Source: Candidatus Magasanikiibacteriota bacterium
Lineage (GTDB): Bacteria; Patescibacteriota; Patescibacteriia; Magasanikbacterales; GWA2-37-8
Assembly (NCBI GenBank): GCA_046590235.1
Contig: JBKJTY010000032.1
Span: 6,834 to 70,833, forward strand
Reading direction: 5' to 3'
Length of the DNA stretch: 64,000 nt
Part shown: one piece after another, positions 9,136 to 19,647 of the stretch
Position numbering within the stretch: position 1 is the stretch's first letter
Layout: each line of letters opens with the position of its first letter
Notes under the pieces: model-generated
What the model was told of the DNA's origin: nothing
What the model saw: only the letters and a program-made list of their open reading frames with translations
The model's database searches: none
Made by a program: the position numbers and the translations under genes

Positions 9136-11211
9136 TTATTTTGTGCGACCTGCGATGATTTGCGCAGCAACGTTGTTTGGAACGTCTGCGTAATGATCGA
9201 ATTCCATAGAAGAGGAAGCGCGACCCTGAGACATGGAGCGCAAGTTGGTTACATAACCAAACATACTTGCGAGAGGGACCATAGCACGGACAACTTTCAT
9301 TGTACCGCGATCGGTCATTTCAAGGATTTGACCGCGTTTAGCATTCAAGTCACCGATCACATCACCCATGAATTGTTCTGGAGTCAAAACTTCAACTTTC
9401 ATGATAGGTTCCATGATAACTGGGTTTGCTTTTTTACAAGCAGCCTGGAAAGCCATTGAACCTGCCATTTTGAAGGCGATTTCAGAAGAGTCAACTTCGT
9501 GGTAGGAACCGTCGAAAACAGTTACCTTTAAGTCCACTACTGGGAAGCCAGCTTGGATACCGCGAGACAAACCTTCCTTAATACCTTTTTGAATAGCTGG
9601 GATAAATTCGCGAGGAACGACACCACCTTTAACTTCATCAACGAATTCAAATGGTGTACCTGGTTCAACTGGTTCAACTTTCAACCAGCAATGACCGTAT
9701 TGACCACGACCACCAGACTGTTTGACGTATTTACCTTCAGCTTCAGCAGCGACGCGAATAGTTTCTTTATACGCAACTTGAGGAGCACCGACGTTTACTT
9801 CAACCTTGAATTCACGCTTCATGCGATCAACCAAGATATCGAGGTGCAATTCACCCATACCAGAGATAATAGTCTGGAGCGTTTCTTCGTCAGTGTGGAT
9901 GTGGAAAGTCGGATCTTCTTCAGCCAATTTCTGCATAGCCATACCAATTCTTTCTTGGTCAGCTTTTGTCTTTGGCTCAATAGCCATTGAGATAACTGGT
10001 TCAGCAAAAGTTGGACGTTCCAAGATAATTGGATTTTCTTCAAAACACAATGTGTCACCGGTTGTAACTTCTTTCAAACCGATAGCAGCTGCGATTTCAC
10101 CAGCGTAAACTTCCTGTACATCTTCGCGGTTGTTAGCATGCATACGCACGATACGACCAAGACGTTCTTTAGTACCTTTACTGGAGTTGTAGACGTAACT
10201 ACCTGCAGTAACGACACCGGAATACACGCGGAAGAAAATAAGCTTACCAACGAATGGATCAGTAGCGATCTTAAACGCAAGCGCAGCAAAATGTTCTGTA
10301 TCAGAAACTTTTCGAACTTCTTCAGCTTCAGTGTCTGGGTTAGTACCTTTCAAAGCTGGAACATCCAACGGAGATGGCAAGTAATGCACGACGGAGTCCA
10401 ACATGAACTGCACGCCGATGTTGCCAAGCGCGGAACCACAGATGACAGGGTAAATAGTACCCTTGAGCACCATAGAGCGAATAGCTTTGCGAATTTCATC
10501 GACAGAAAATGATTTACCGTCGAGGAAACGTGCCATCATATCATCGTTTGCTTCTGCAACTTTTTCGATGAGTTTAGCACGGAATTCAGCAACCTGTTCT
10601 TTCATTTCTTCTGGGATTGGGAATTCAGTAATATTCTGACCCTTTTCACCATCGAATTTATAAGCTTTTTCTTCAATCAAATCAACTAACGCGCGGAATT
10701 CACTAGACTGACCAACTGGCAATTGGATTGCAACTGCGTCCTTAGTCAAACGTTCGTGAATAGAGGCGAGACACATAAAGAAGTCAGCGCCGAGTTTGTC
10801 CATTTTGTTGACGAAAGCAACGCGAGGCACGTTGTATTTATCAGCTTGGTGCCAAACAGTTTCAGATTGTGGTTCAACACCTTGAGAAGCGTCAAATACA
10901 GCAACCGCACCGTCGAGAACGCGAAGTGAACGTTCAACTTCAACAGTAAAGTCCACGTGACCTGGGGTATCGATCAAGTTAATGCGATGACCTTTCCAAA
11001 AACAAGTGGTGGCAGCAGAAGTGATAGTAATACCACGTTCTTGTTCCTGTTCCATCCAGTCCATGGTAGCTTCACCTTCGTGCACTTCACCGATTTTGTG
11101 TTTTTTACCGGTATAGAAAAGCACGCGTTCTGATGTGGTTGTTTTACCAGCATCGATGTGCGCCATGATACCGATATTGCGTGTTTTATCTAGGGGATAT
11201 TCACGAGGCAT
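9136..11211 (-). CDS. fusA: Elongation factor G
   Basis: [25 protein letters not shown]..., 691 aa. Confidence 0.97.
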   Translation of the reverse strand: MPREYPLDKTRNIGIMAHIDAGKTTTSERVLFYTGKKHKIGEVHEGEATMDWMEQEQERGITITSAATTCFWKGHRINLIDTPGHVDFTVEVERSLRVLDGAVAVFDASQGVEPQSETVWHQADKYNVPRVAFVNKMDKLGADFFMCLASIHERLTKDAVAIQLPVGQSSEFRALVDLIEEKAYKFDGEKGQNITEFPIPEEMKEQVAEFRAKLIEKVAEANDDMMARFLDGKSFSVDEIRKAIRSMVLKGTIYPVICGSALGNIGVQFMLDSVVHYLPSPLDVPALKGTNPDTEAEEVRKVSDTEHFAALAFKIATDPFVGKLIFFRVYSGVVTAGSYVYNSSKGTKERLGRIVRMHANNREDVQEVYAGEIAAAIGLKEVTTGDTLCFEENPIILERPTFAEPVISMAIEPKTKADQERIGMAMQKLAEEDPTFHIHTDEETLQTIISGMGELHLDILVDRMKREFKVEVNVGAPQVAYKETIRVAAEAEGKYVKQSGGRGQYGHCWLKVEPVEPGTPFEFVDEVKGGVVPREFIPAIQKGIKEGLSRGIQAGFPVVDLKVTVFDGSYHEVDSSEIAFKMAGSMAFQAACKKANPVIMEPIMKVEVLTPEQFMGDVIGDLNAKRGQILEMTDRGTMKVVRAMVPLASMFGYVTNLRSMSQGRASSSMEFDHYADVPNNVAAQIIAGRTK

Positions 11212-11261
11212 AAATATAAATAGGAAAACCCGCCGTCGCTAAAGCTATGGCGGGCGAAGAA

Positions 11262-11738
11262 TTATTTCGCAAAGCGAGCAAAGTGAGCAAACGCTTTGTT
11301 AGCTTCCGCCATACGGTGCATGTCGTCGCGTTTTTTCATCGCGTCGCCGAGACCTTGGCTGGTTTCGAACAAGATTGTAGCTAATTTCTGGGCCATTGGC
11401 TGACCTTTCTTTGCGCGAGCTGCATCAATGATCCAGCGGAATGCAAGTGCATTCTGGCGGTCACCACGAACTGGCATAGGAACCTGGTAGTTAGCACCAC
11501 CAACGCGGCGGGAGCGAACTTCCATTTGTGGAGAAATAGTTTTGATAGCATCTTCGAATACTTTTACTGGATCTTTCTTAGCTGTTTCAGTAATGATATC
11601 GAAAGCACCGTAAACAACGGACTGTGCAGTAGCTTTCTTGCCTTTGCGCATAACGTTGTTGATGAGTTTTGCGACGAGAACGTTGCCAAATTTAGGATCT
11701 GGCTTGATGTCGCGTTTTTTTGCTTGTTTACCACGCAT
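11262..11738 (-). CDS. rpsG: 30S ribosomal protein S7
   Basis: KRDIKPDPKFGNVLVAKLINNVMRKGKK typical S7. Confidence 0.95.
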   Translation of the reverse strand: MRGKQAKKRDIKPDPKFGNVLVAKLINNVMRKGKKATAQSVVYGAFDIITETAKKDPVKVFEDAIKTISPQMEVRSRRVGGANYQVPMPVRGDRQNALAFRWIIDAARAKKGQPMAQKLATILFETSQGLGDAMKKRDDMHRMAEANKAFAHFARFAK

Positions 11739-11829
11739 ATGTTTTCATTTAGTAATGGAATGTGAAAGCGATTTCATTTTTTTCATATTTGCCGCAGCAA
11801 CTTTGAAAAAAATGAAACGCTGAGCATCT

Positions 11830-12258
11830 TTATTTCTTAGCTGCCTTTGGACGCTTGTTGCCGTACAAAGAGCGGCCGCGACGACGAGCTGCGACACCCT
11901 GAGTATCATAGATACCACGAACAATGTGGTAACGCACACCTGGTAAATCTTTTACACGACCACCGCGGATGAGCACGATAGAGTGTTCCTGAAGGTTGTG
12001 ACCTTCACCAGGGATATAAGCGATAACTTCCATACCGTTGGAAAGGCGAACCTTTGCAACTTTACGTAAAGCGGAGTTAGGTTTCTTTGGGGTGGTTGTA
12101 TACACTTTTGTACAAACGCCACGCTTGAAACTACTACCTTTTGGGTAAATAGTGGTGCGGCGGTGCAAGTTATCAACCGTAAATTGCAAAGCTGGGGTCT
12201 TTGTTTTGCGGACCTTTGCCTTACGTGGTTTTTTGATCAACTGACTAAGTGTTGGCAT
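11830..12258 (-). CDS. rpsL: 30S ribosomal protein S12
   Basis: [13 protein letters not shown]...[11 protein letters not shown]... typical S12. Confidence 0.95.
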   Translation of the reverse strand: MPTLSQLIKKPRKAKVRKTKTPALQFTVDNLHRRTTIYPKGSSFKRGVCTKVYTTTPKKPNSALRKVAKVRLSNGMEVIAYIPGEGHNLQEHSIVLIRGGRVKDLPGVRYHIVRGIYDTQGVAARRRGRSLYGNKRPKAAKK

Positions 12259-12497
12259 AGTCTAAATAATGAATAACTTCTTAATAATTTAATAGTTGTT
12301 TGGCTCTATAAAACATTGAAATCCGCATTAGGCGGATTTGCTACTCCATCGAAATTGTAAGTTCAAACTTGTACAATTACGGCTGAGTAACAAAACAAGA
12401 ACGGATTACTTAACTCAGCCACGAGCCCGCTTAGATAGCGGATTAGTTTTCGTTCTGGTGAAAAGTATACCCATCAATACATTTTTTGTCAATAGTA

Positions 12498-12526
12498 TTG
12501 ACTTCTGGCCCGATTAAGGCTATACT
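12498..12526 (+). promoter_or_regulatory. sigma70-like promoter TTGACT-17-TATACT for islet 2 gene 1
   Basis: ttgacttctggcccgattaaggctatact, followed by AAGGAG SD before ATG 12576. Confidence 0.5.
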
Positions 12527-12575
12527 GCTCGCGTTTTAGCTCTCCAACCTTTCACCCCTATATAAGGAGTAGTGC

Positions 12576-13016
12576 ATGCGATTTGGTAAGCACATCAGTT
12601 CTGATCCTGGTCTTGTCCCTGACGGTGTCTCTGGCGTGACTGCAAGGATCAGGCGCACACCGCACTACGCTCCCCTTACGGAGGAAATGATTGAACGTCT
12701 CCCGTCCGGTACTTTCCTGGAACGAGTTCGAGCCTACTACGCCTTTCGCAAACTGAGCGTTCAGCTCTATTCGTTTGGCCATGACATCATTGGTGTCCGT
12801 AATAATAACAACGGCCGCAATGAAGTCCTGTTCGATCTGGCGCGGTGGCAGGTCAAGTACATCACCAAAGGTCCGAAGCAGGGAATTGGACGTTACGAAA
12901 ACCTGTCTGCGATGGGTGGTATGGGCGACGTCTTTGAATGTGCAAAACGGCAGATCGTGCCGCGTTCACGCACCAAGCACTGGAGCGAGAAGCATACGCT
13001 CATCGAGAACAACTAA
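12576..13016 (+). CDS. Hypothetical protein (islet 2, gene 1)
   Basis: 146 aa, strong SD, GC-rich relative to flanks, no recognised domain. Confidence 0.65.
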   Translation: MRFGKHISSDPGLVPDGVSGVTARIRRTPHYAPLTEEMIERLPSGTFLERVRAYYAFRKLSVQLYSFGHDIIGVRNNNNGRNEVLFDLARWQVKYITKGPKQGIGRYENLSAMGGMGDVFECAKRQIVPRSRTKHWSEKHTLIENN

Positions 13017-13021
13017 AACAA

Positions 13022-13060
13022 CCTGTACGAGCACTCTCTCAAAAAGAGGGTGCTCGTACA
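13022..13060 (+). terminator. Long perfect hairpin after islet 2 gene 1 (followed by C-run rather than T-run)
   Basis: ctgtacgagcactctc-tcaaaaa-gagggtgctcgtacag. Confidence 0.45.
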
Positions 13061-13156
13061 GCCCCCCCCCTTCTCTTGTCTTGGAAATGAAAAATAGCTT
13101 ATAGTATCTATAGATTATTTTTCCTTTCCATTCCGGAAAGGTAGGAGGATACGCCC

Positions 13157-13513
13157 ATGGATGGTACGGGAACTCCCGAACGAGGACAACGAAGGTTTAG
13201 CAGTTTGGTCGTGTACGAACACGCGATGGGATTTATGATTGCGTTCTGGGTCACACGAGAGGATGTGTGGGATGATATCCCCCTCTACTCTCAACGAGAC
13301 GCCTATAACCGGCTCTGGAAGCTCTGGGCTGACGGGGAGGTGAGCATTTTTCAGTTCTATAAGCTTCACCCACTCATTGATTCGTCCGATCTTCCTGAGC
13401 AATCAAGAGACACGCTTGCGTGTTTCCTCAAGCGCACGAAACCGCTTATCGGACCGGGCGAATGCAACGCAGTTTCCCTGCGAGTCCAGCTGAACCCACG
13501 TCGGGCAGCTTAA
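13157..13513 (+). CDS. Hypothetical protein (islet 2, gene 2)
   Basis: 118 aa, AGGAGG SD 8 nt upstream, GC-rich. Confidence 0.6.
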   Translation: MDGTGTPERGQRRFSSLVVYEHAMGFMIAFWVTREDVWDDIPLYSQRDAYNRLWKLWADGEVSIFQFYKLHPLIDSSDLPEQSRDTLACFLKRTKPLIGPGECNAVSLRVQLNPRRAA

Positions 13514-13587
13514 AAACAACATTATACCGTACTGGCACTGGGAGGCGGTGCTAGTACGGACCCCTCTTCGCACCGCACAGGTGTTTT

Positions 13588-15513
13588 TTATTTATGATCG
13601 ATCGGCAAAGAAAAAGCAAAGGTGCTCCCCTTCCCCGATACGCTTTCAACTAATTCTATTGAGCCACCCATAGCCTCCACCATGAGTTTTGAAATGTAGA
13701 GCCCTAAACCAGTCCCTTTCGTCACATCACGTGTTAATATTTTCTCACCTGCTTGCTGGAATTTTCTGAAGAGTAAGGCTTGATTCCCGGGTGAAATACC
13801 CTTGCCTGTATCGGTCACTACCACCCTAAGCAAAGGGCTTGCTTTTTCAATCATCACCGTGATTCCACCCTGTTCAGTATAATTAATCGCGTTACCCAAA
13901 AGATTAAACAGGACTTGTGTTGTTCGATCGACATCGCCATACACCATTGGTAGCCCTTTAGGCGGCTGCTTAACGGTAAATGTAAGATGCTTGGCAGTCG
14001 CCAATGGTTCAATCTTAGAAGTTACCCCCTTCAGGGCAACCACCAAATCAAAAGGTTCCTTTTTAAAAGTAATTTTCCCTTGCTCCAATCGCGACACATC
14101 CAAGAAGTCATTCACGATAGCAATTAAACGCGTGCTCGCATCGTAGGTATCCTGAATAATTTCAGCCTTATCCTTAACCTTTAATTTATTTGTAAAATCA
14201 CGGAACATTTCCATGTTACCGCGAATTGCAGTGAGGGGCGTACGTAGTTCGTGAGAGGCTAGAGCAAAAAATTCTTCACGAGAGCGTTCCAGAACTTTTG
14301 CCTCAGTAATATCTTCGAACAACAAAACATAGCCGATCATTTTTTTATCATCTTCAGCAATAATAATAGGTGCGACAATGCCACGTAGCGATTTTCTGCC
14401 AAAAATAATATTTTTTATTTCACAAATAACCTTGCCTTTAAGGCATTTTTCTATTTGAGACTGAACATCAAAACTCTCACCCAGTATCTTGGCAATATCT
14501 GCCACCGAAGAAGCTTTAACACTCTTCTCCCCTAAGAGTTCGCCCATAGCTTTATTCTTAACCAGAATCATATGGTTTGTATCAGCGATCACGAACCCAA
14601 AAGAGAGGCTGTTGATCGAGGCCAGCAGGCGGGCTTTTTCAGCTTGCAACTCAGAAGTGCGTTCCACCACAATCTGGTCCACTTTTTTCTTTTCAACATC
14701 AAGATCCTCGAGCAGGTTAAGGATGGCGGATTTTGATTTCTCCACTTCGATTACCTTAAGCGATAGATCAGCCGTCTTCTCCTTTATCTTTTCATCTAAA
14801 TGTTGATATGTTTCGGCTAATTTTGCAGTCATCTCATTAAAAGCCGCTGCCACATCGCCAACTTCATCGTTAGAAGGCATGTAAATTTTCACGCCTAGTT
14901 TTCCCTCTTTAATCTTATTTACGTGTTCATGAAGTTTGTTTAATGGATTTAAAATGCCTCTGCTAAATAGCCAGGCAAAAAATAAGGCGATAACAATACT
15001 TAGGCTACTACCGATCGCAAGTGAACGAAGAACATTTGTTATACTCTGGTCTATCTGATTTTTAAAATACCCCACTCGAAAAATGCCCTTGTTATAGTCT
15101 AAACGTAAGGCAGTGTCATAGACTTCTCGACCATCTTCTTGTTTAATTAAAACAATACGTTTATTTTCCCCTTGCGGTAAAGTATTATATGACTGAACAG
15201 TTGCTTCGTCACCCACAACCAATGTACTGGCAAGCAAGCGGTTGTTTTCATCAATCACCAACATATAGGCGACATCCGTATGGGCAGCTTTTTGATTAAA
15301 AATTAAATTGATTATACTCTCTTTGTTATCTGTCAAAACAAAATTCGTCAAATCACTTATTTCTGCTTGGCTATTGTTGATAATCCTATTGATAAGATCA
15401 TTTGTTAAGTTATTTTTAACCGTATAGCCAGCAATAAACAAACTGCTAACAGAAGATATAAGAACAAGACTCAAAAAGAGAAGGGGGATCTTAATTTTAA
15501 GCTTAAAGGCCAT
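13588..15513 (-). CDS. Sensor histidine kinase (two TM helices, extracytoplasmic domain, HAMP, PAS, HisKA, HATPase)
   Basis: H-box ALASHELRTPLTAIRG; G-boxes GKGISPG and GTGLGLYISKLMVEAMGG at C-terminus. Confidence 0.9.
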   Translation of the reverse strand: MAFKLKIKIPLLFLSLVLISSVSSLFIAGYTVKNNLTNDLINRIINNSQAEISDLTNFVLTDNKESIINLIFNQKAAHTDVAYMLVIDENNRLLASTLVVGDEATVQSYNTLPQGENKRIVLIKQEDGREVYDTALRLDYNKGIFRVGYFKNQIDQSITNVLRSLAIGSSLSIVIALFFAWLFSRGILNPLNKLHEHVNKIKEGKLGVKIYMPSNDEVGDVAAAFNEMTAKLAETYQHLDEKIKEKTADLSLKVIEVEKSKSAILNLLEDLDVEKKKVDQIVVERTSELQAEKARLLASINSLSFGFVIADTNHMILVKNKAMGELLGEKSVKASSVADIAKILGESFDVQSQIEKCLKGKVICEIKNIIFGRKSLRGIVAPIIIAEDDKKMIGYVLLFEDITEAKVLERSREEFFALASHELRTPLTAIRGNMEMFRDFTNKLKVKDKAEIIQDTYDASTRLIAIVNDFLDVSRLEQGKITFKKEPFDLVVALKGVTSKIEPLATAKHLTFTVKQPPKGLPMVYGDVDRTTQVLFNLLGNAINYTEQGGITVMIEKASPLLRVVVTDTGKGISPGNQALLFRKFQQAGEKILTRDVTKGTGLGLYISKLMVEAMGGSIELVESVSGKGSTFAFSLPIDHK

Positions 15514-15521
15514 ACAAAAAG

Positions 15522-16727
15522 TTATTTGACCGGGACGAGAACAAAGTTTTTATTATTGAAATTAGTTAGGTACACCTTACCTAAACCCTGGTGATTCGTC
15601 GCACTAAATGATACATTAACACCGATGCCAGCGTCATAATTAGTTAGCGATTCCAGCGCTGTTATCAAACCTTCTCTGGTTGGATTTTTACCAGCTAACC
15701 TAATACCTTCAGCCAAGACTTTAGTATTTATATATCCTTCAAGTCCACCAAACGTTGGTTCTGTGCCAGGCGCATACTTTGCCAAGCTTTGATTATACGC
15801 TTTTACAGCTTCAAATAGCTCACTATAATAAGTGGGCGGCACTACCTGGGAAATAAATACATTATCAGTATTACCTTGAAGTTCGTTGATAAAGGCTTCA
15901 GACCCCACAAACGATACGCTTTCAAACAACATTGTTGGTTTCTTTGCCTTCACTAATTTAACAAATTTTGCCAAAGGAGTGTAGGTGCCGATCATTATTA
16001 TCGCTTGAGCGTCAGATGAAGTGATTGTTCCTACAGCTTCTTCGACTTGTGAAGTTCCCCTCTCGTAAGAACCGAGTGCTACTGTTTTTAAACCACGTTT
16101 ATTTAAAGCTATTTTTACCCCTTCTAATCCAGCCAAGCCAAAAGCATCGGCTTGATATAAAACAGCAACCTGCTTCAACCCAAGATTGTCTACAAAATAC
16201 CTAATCGCCAATTCAGTTTCTTGGTAATAGGAGCCTCGGATATTAAAGATGTATTTTTGCACAGGGTTTCGAAAAACCTCTGCCCCTGTGAACATACCAA
16301 CCAAAGGAATCTTTGCTTCCTCAACAAGTGGCATAACCTTCACTCCTGTTGGAGTCCCGACATAGTTGAACAGAGCAAAAACTTTATCCTGATTAATCAG
16401 TTTTTGGGTATTTTCGACTGCTTTTGGGGGGTCATACCGATCATCATAACTAACCATCTTTAACTGTCTCCCATTAATACCTCCTGCTTCATTAATTTCT
16501 TTTATAGCCACATTCGCGCCAGACAAAAGGTTGGTACCGAGGGTTGCCGCACTACCAGTGAGAGCTGCTGATGAGCCAATGAGAATTTGCGTATCGGTAA
16601 CACCATTAATTACTGTTTTTGTTGTATGAGAGTTGGATGACCCCTCCCAATTCTGTAAAAAAATATAATAGCCAATTCCAATTATGATAAGTAGGATAGC
16701 GCCTATAAAAAGAAATTTTTTATGCAT
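15522..16727 (-). CDS. Membrane-anchored substrate-binding protein, LivJ/type-1 periplasmic-binding fold
   Basis: N-terminal TM helix then ~370 aa alternating beta-alpha PBP1-like sequence. Confidence 0.6.
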   Translation of the reverse strand: MHKKFLFIGAILLIIIGIGYYIFLQNWEGSSNSHTTKTVINGVTDTQILIGSSAALTGSAATLGTNLLSGANVAIKEINEAGGINGRQLKMVSYDDRYDPPKAVENTQKLINQDKVFALFNYVGTPTGVKVMPLVEEAKIPLVGMFTGAEVFRNPVQKYIFNIRGSYYQETELAIRYFVDNLGLKQVAVLYQADAFGLAGLEGVKIALNKRGLKTVALGSYERGTSQVEEAVGTITSSDAQAIIMIGTYTPLAKFVKLVKAKKPTMLFESVSFVGSEAFINELQGNTDNVFISQVVPPTYYSELFEAVKAYNQSLAKYAPGTEPTFGGLEGYINTKVLAEGIRLAGKNPTREGLITALESLTNYDAGIGVNVSFSATNHQGLGKVYLTNFNNKNFVLVPVK

Positions 16728-16753
16728 ACGATACTGAATAGAATAAAATGCTT

Positions 16754-17998
16754 TTATAATCTTGTTTTAAGTTTGGCAATTTCTTTTTTAAGCTCAATCA
16801 TTTTTAACTCTCGGTCAACCATCATTTTATTGATGCGTTCCAAATCAGCTTGCTTCTTTACTAATTCTCCAACTTTTGTGGATAGTTCGTTGGTTTTTTG
16901 ATTCACCTTCTCTTCCAAATTTTCATATATTTCCTTTAACTTTAAAGCCATGTCGGAAAAAGAGTTGGCCATTTCACCAAATTCATCATTTGTTTTCACA
17001 CTTGCCTTACTATCAAAATTACCGGTCTTGATTTTGCTAATTTGCTCACGAAGTTGGCGAATAGGAGCGGTGATTGTTCGCCCTACAAAGTATCCAAATA
17101 ATCCCACTACGCAGCCGACAAGTATCGTGATTATAAACAAAATAATAAAGGTTTTTTGAATAGGCGCAAGCACTTCTGCTCTATCAATTTTAGTTACCAT
17201 ACAAAGTTTTGTATCGGGCAACCAATGCCAATACCCATATACCTCGTCTCCATGATAATCAATGCGCGTAGTAAACTTCGAATTACCTTCCAAACAGCTC
17301 TTTATCTGCGGCGAAAAAAATATTCTTTTCAGTGCCGCACCTGGTTCCTTCAAAAAATCGGTGATAACTAAATTTGAAGAATTAACTAAAAATGATTCCC
17401 CTGATTTTCCTAAACCAGATCTTTCAGCCATTAAATTACTGATCTCTTGCATGTCAAGCTTTCCCACCAGGACACCGAGGAACATACTATTTTTATCTTT
17501 GATGGGAGTGGCAATGAGCACTGTCGGCTGCTCTGTAGCAACATCGTAATAAAATTCTGGAACAATCAAGTCTTTTTGAGCATTTAAAAAATATGACTCA
17601 GTGGATTTTATTTTCCCTTCATCAACCTCATTTGTGGAAGCAATAATCTCACCAGTTTTATCTATGATAAAGATGCCTGGTAGCTTATGATGGATATTTT
17701 CAACCACTGTACCAAAAGCTTTTTTTCTGGTTTCATCATCTTTATTCAATAAAAACTGAACAATTAACTTTTGGGTACTCTCACTTTGGGCAGCAAAACC
17801 AATTTCAATAATTTTTTCATTATAATACCGTTTTAGGTTAAACTCCTTCAGCGCTACCACACTTTCCAATTGAGCTTTTATATTACTCTCAACTAAATCT
17901 TGCAAGATAAAAAAGAATGAGCCACCGCCTATAACAGCGACCAACACAACTACTACTTCAATCGTGAGAATAATTTTCTTGACCAAATTAAATCTCAT
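16754..17998 (-). CDS. Cache-like extracytoplasmic sensor plus HAMP plus coiled coil, no output domain
   Basis: TM1 aa 10-32, ~250 aa external domain, TM2 ~aa 285-305, HAMP (PIRQLREQISKIKTGNFD...EFGEMANSFSDMALKLKE), coiled-coil tail, ends without kinase/MCP domain. Confidence 0.65.
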   Translation of the reverse strand: MRFNLVKKIILTIEVVVVLVAVIGGGSFFFILQDLVESNIKAQLESVVALKEFNLKRYYNEKIIEIGFAAQSESTQKLIVQFLLNKDDETRKKAFGTVVENIHHKLPGIFIIDKTGEIIASTNEVDEGKIKSTESYFLNAQKDLIVPEFYYDVATEQPTVLIATPIKDKNSMFLGVLVGKLDMQEISNLMAERSGLGKSGESFLVNSSNLVITDFLKEPGAALKRIFFSPQIKSCLEGNSKFTTRIDYHGDEVYGYWHWLPDTKLCMVTKIDRAEVLAPIQKTFIILFIITILVGCVVGLFGYFVGRTITAPIRQLREQISKIKTGNFDSKASVKTNDEFGEMANSFSDMALKLKEIYENLEEKVNQKTNELSTKVGELVKKQADLERINKMMVDRELKMIELKKEIAKLKTRL

Positions 17999-18000
17999 AG

Positions 18001-19008
18001 TTAATTACTGTGAATGGCGTGTAAAAATTCCATGGTATAAGCATCTGTAATTATAATTGGTCTAGCTAATATTTTTTGTTCCAGCAAAATATTCTCCACC
18101 TGTTTCCACTGATCAATCTCCATCCAGCCAATAGCAGATTTACCAGTATGGATGAGCGGCACTGACGTGTGCAGCATGTAGGCTTCATGCTGTTTAGAAC
18201 TATTAGTGGCATATTGCAAGGTGATACCAACCGCCTCATCTTCGTGCTCAATTGCATATTGCCAACCCTGCAGCGTAGCTTTAAGGAAGCGTTTTACTAC
18301 ATCTGATTTGGACTGTATTGTCTCCTCGGTAGCAAACAATACATCGGCATACATATTAACCCCATAGTCAGCCATGAGAATAGTATTTACCTCCGCGCCA
18401 GCTTCCCTGGCCTGGTTTGGCTCATTAATAATATAACCTGTGGACACATCAGTTTTCCCAGATAAAAGCTCTGCGGCATCATAGCCAATTGCGACCTCTT
18501 TGATCTTACTGCGGTCAATTTTGAGCTTACTCATCATAGCTGAATAGAGATATTCAACATTTACCCCTTGTTCTAAGCCGACTGTTTTACCTATAAAATC
18601 TTGCGGTTTTATTATCCCACTTTTTTTCAAAGCATATGCCGTCACTGGATTGATTTTATAGATAACGGCAATCGCCTTAATTGGTAATCCCCTAGCTCGA
18701 GCTAACACTAGCTCATCTGCTCCGGTGATACCAAAATCTGCCCGGCCGGCAACAACCGCATCAATGGTTGGATCTTCAAAACTAAATGGAGTTATATTTA
18801 CTTTTAGCCTTTCATCAGCATAATACCCTTTTTCAACTGCTACATAATTACCTGCAAATTGCGCCTGATGCACCCACTTGAGCTTCAAGTTTACTTCTTG
18901 GACGGGGCCGCTATTTTTTTTATGAACAGTTCCTTTGTTATACTGTGTCCAAAATATGACTACACCAGTAAAAACGAGTAATGCAAAAAGAATAATTATT
19001 TTTTTCAT
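18001..19008 (-). CDS. Substrate-binding protein, NMT1/SsuA/THI5-like (ABC-type nitrate/sulfonate/bicarbonate family)
   Basis: 335 aa, N-terminal anchor, KWVHQAQFAGNYVAVEKGYY motif resembling SsuA-family SBPs. Confidence 0.55.
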   Translation of the reverse strand: MKKIIILFALLVFTGVVIFWTQYNKGTVHKKNSGPVQEVNLKLKWVHQAQFAGNYVAVEKGYYADERLKVNITPFSFEDPTIDAVVAGRADFGITGADELVLARARGLPIKAIAVIYKINPVTAYALKKSGIIKPQDFIGKTVGLEQGVNVEYLYSAMMSKLKIDRSKIKEVAIGYDAAELLSGKTDVSTGYIINEPNQAREAGAEVNTILMADYGVNMYADVLFATEETIQSKSDVVKRFLKATLQGWQYAIEHEDEAVGITLQYATNSSKQHEAYMLHTSVPLIHTGKSAIGWMEIDQWKQVENILLEQKILARPIIITDAYTMEFLHAIHSN

Positions 19009-19122
19009 ATGTAATTATAAAAATGAGACTATACTTTAGACTCATTAAACTCCTTATTCATATATAAAAGACTATTTAATTACACTTTAATATTGGTAAG
19101 TGTACTTTTTTAAAGCGAGCGC

Positions 19123-19509
19123 CTATCCACCGATAACTTGCTTAACCTTTTCAACAACCTCTTTTGGCGTATGATCACTTTTGACCAAATAACAGGCCGC
19201 CCCAAGTTTAAGCGCTTTCTTTGCATCTTCCGGGCCAGCTAAATTACTCAGGATAATGACAGGAATTTTTTTCGTTGCCTTATCGGTTTTAAGGCGTTCA
19301 AGCACTTCAAAACCATTCATTTTTGGCATCATCATATCCAGAAGAATAATAGCGGGCAACGGCGTTATTTTGGAAAGCTTTGCTAAAGCCTCTTCACCAT
19401 TTACAGCTGTCTGAACAGATTCAAAACCTGATAACATAAAGATCCGTTGGTACATCCGCATCATGAGCGGGTCATCTTCAACAATTAATACGGTCGTCTT
19501 TTTTTTCAT
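19123..19509 (-). CDS. Single-domain response regulator (CheY-like receiver)
   Basis: VLIVEDD...DMMMPKMNGFEVLERLK...K, conserved Asp pocket. Confidence 0.85.
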   Translation of the reverse strand: MKKKTTVLIVEDDPLMMRMYQRIFMLSGFESVQTAVNGEEALAKLSKITPLPAIILLDMMMPKMNGFEVLERLKTDKATKKIPVIILSNLAGPEDAKKALKLGAACYLVKSDHTPKEVVEKVKQVIGG

Positions 19510-19647
19510 AGATTTAAAAAACTAAATTGCTTTTTTTCTTTGCTTTAATTATAGCAGAAAAACAATCTTCCTACAAACTATCATTCTATAATTGATAACG
19601 TGTCCTCAAATGTGCTATACTGCAGATAAGTTATCATTACATTTTCT

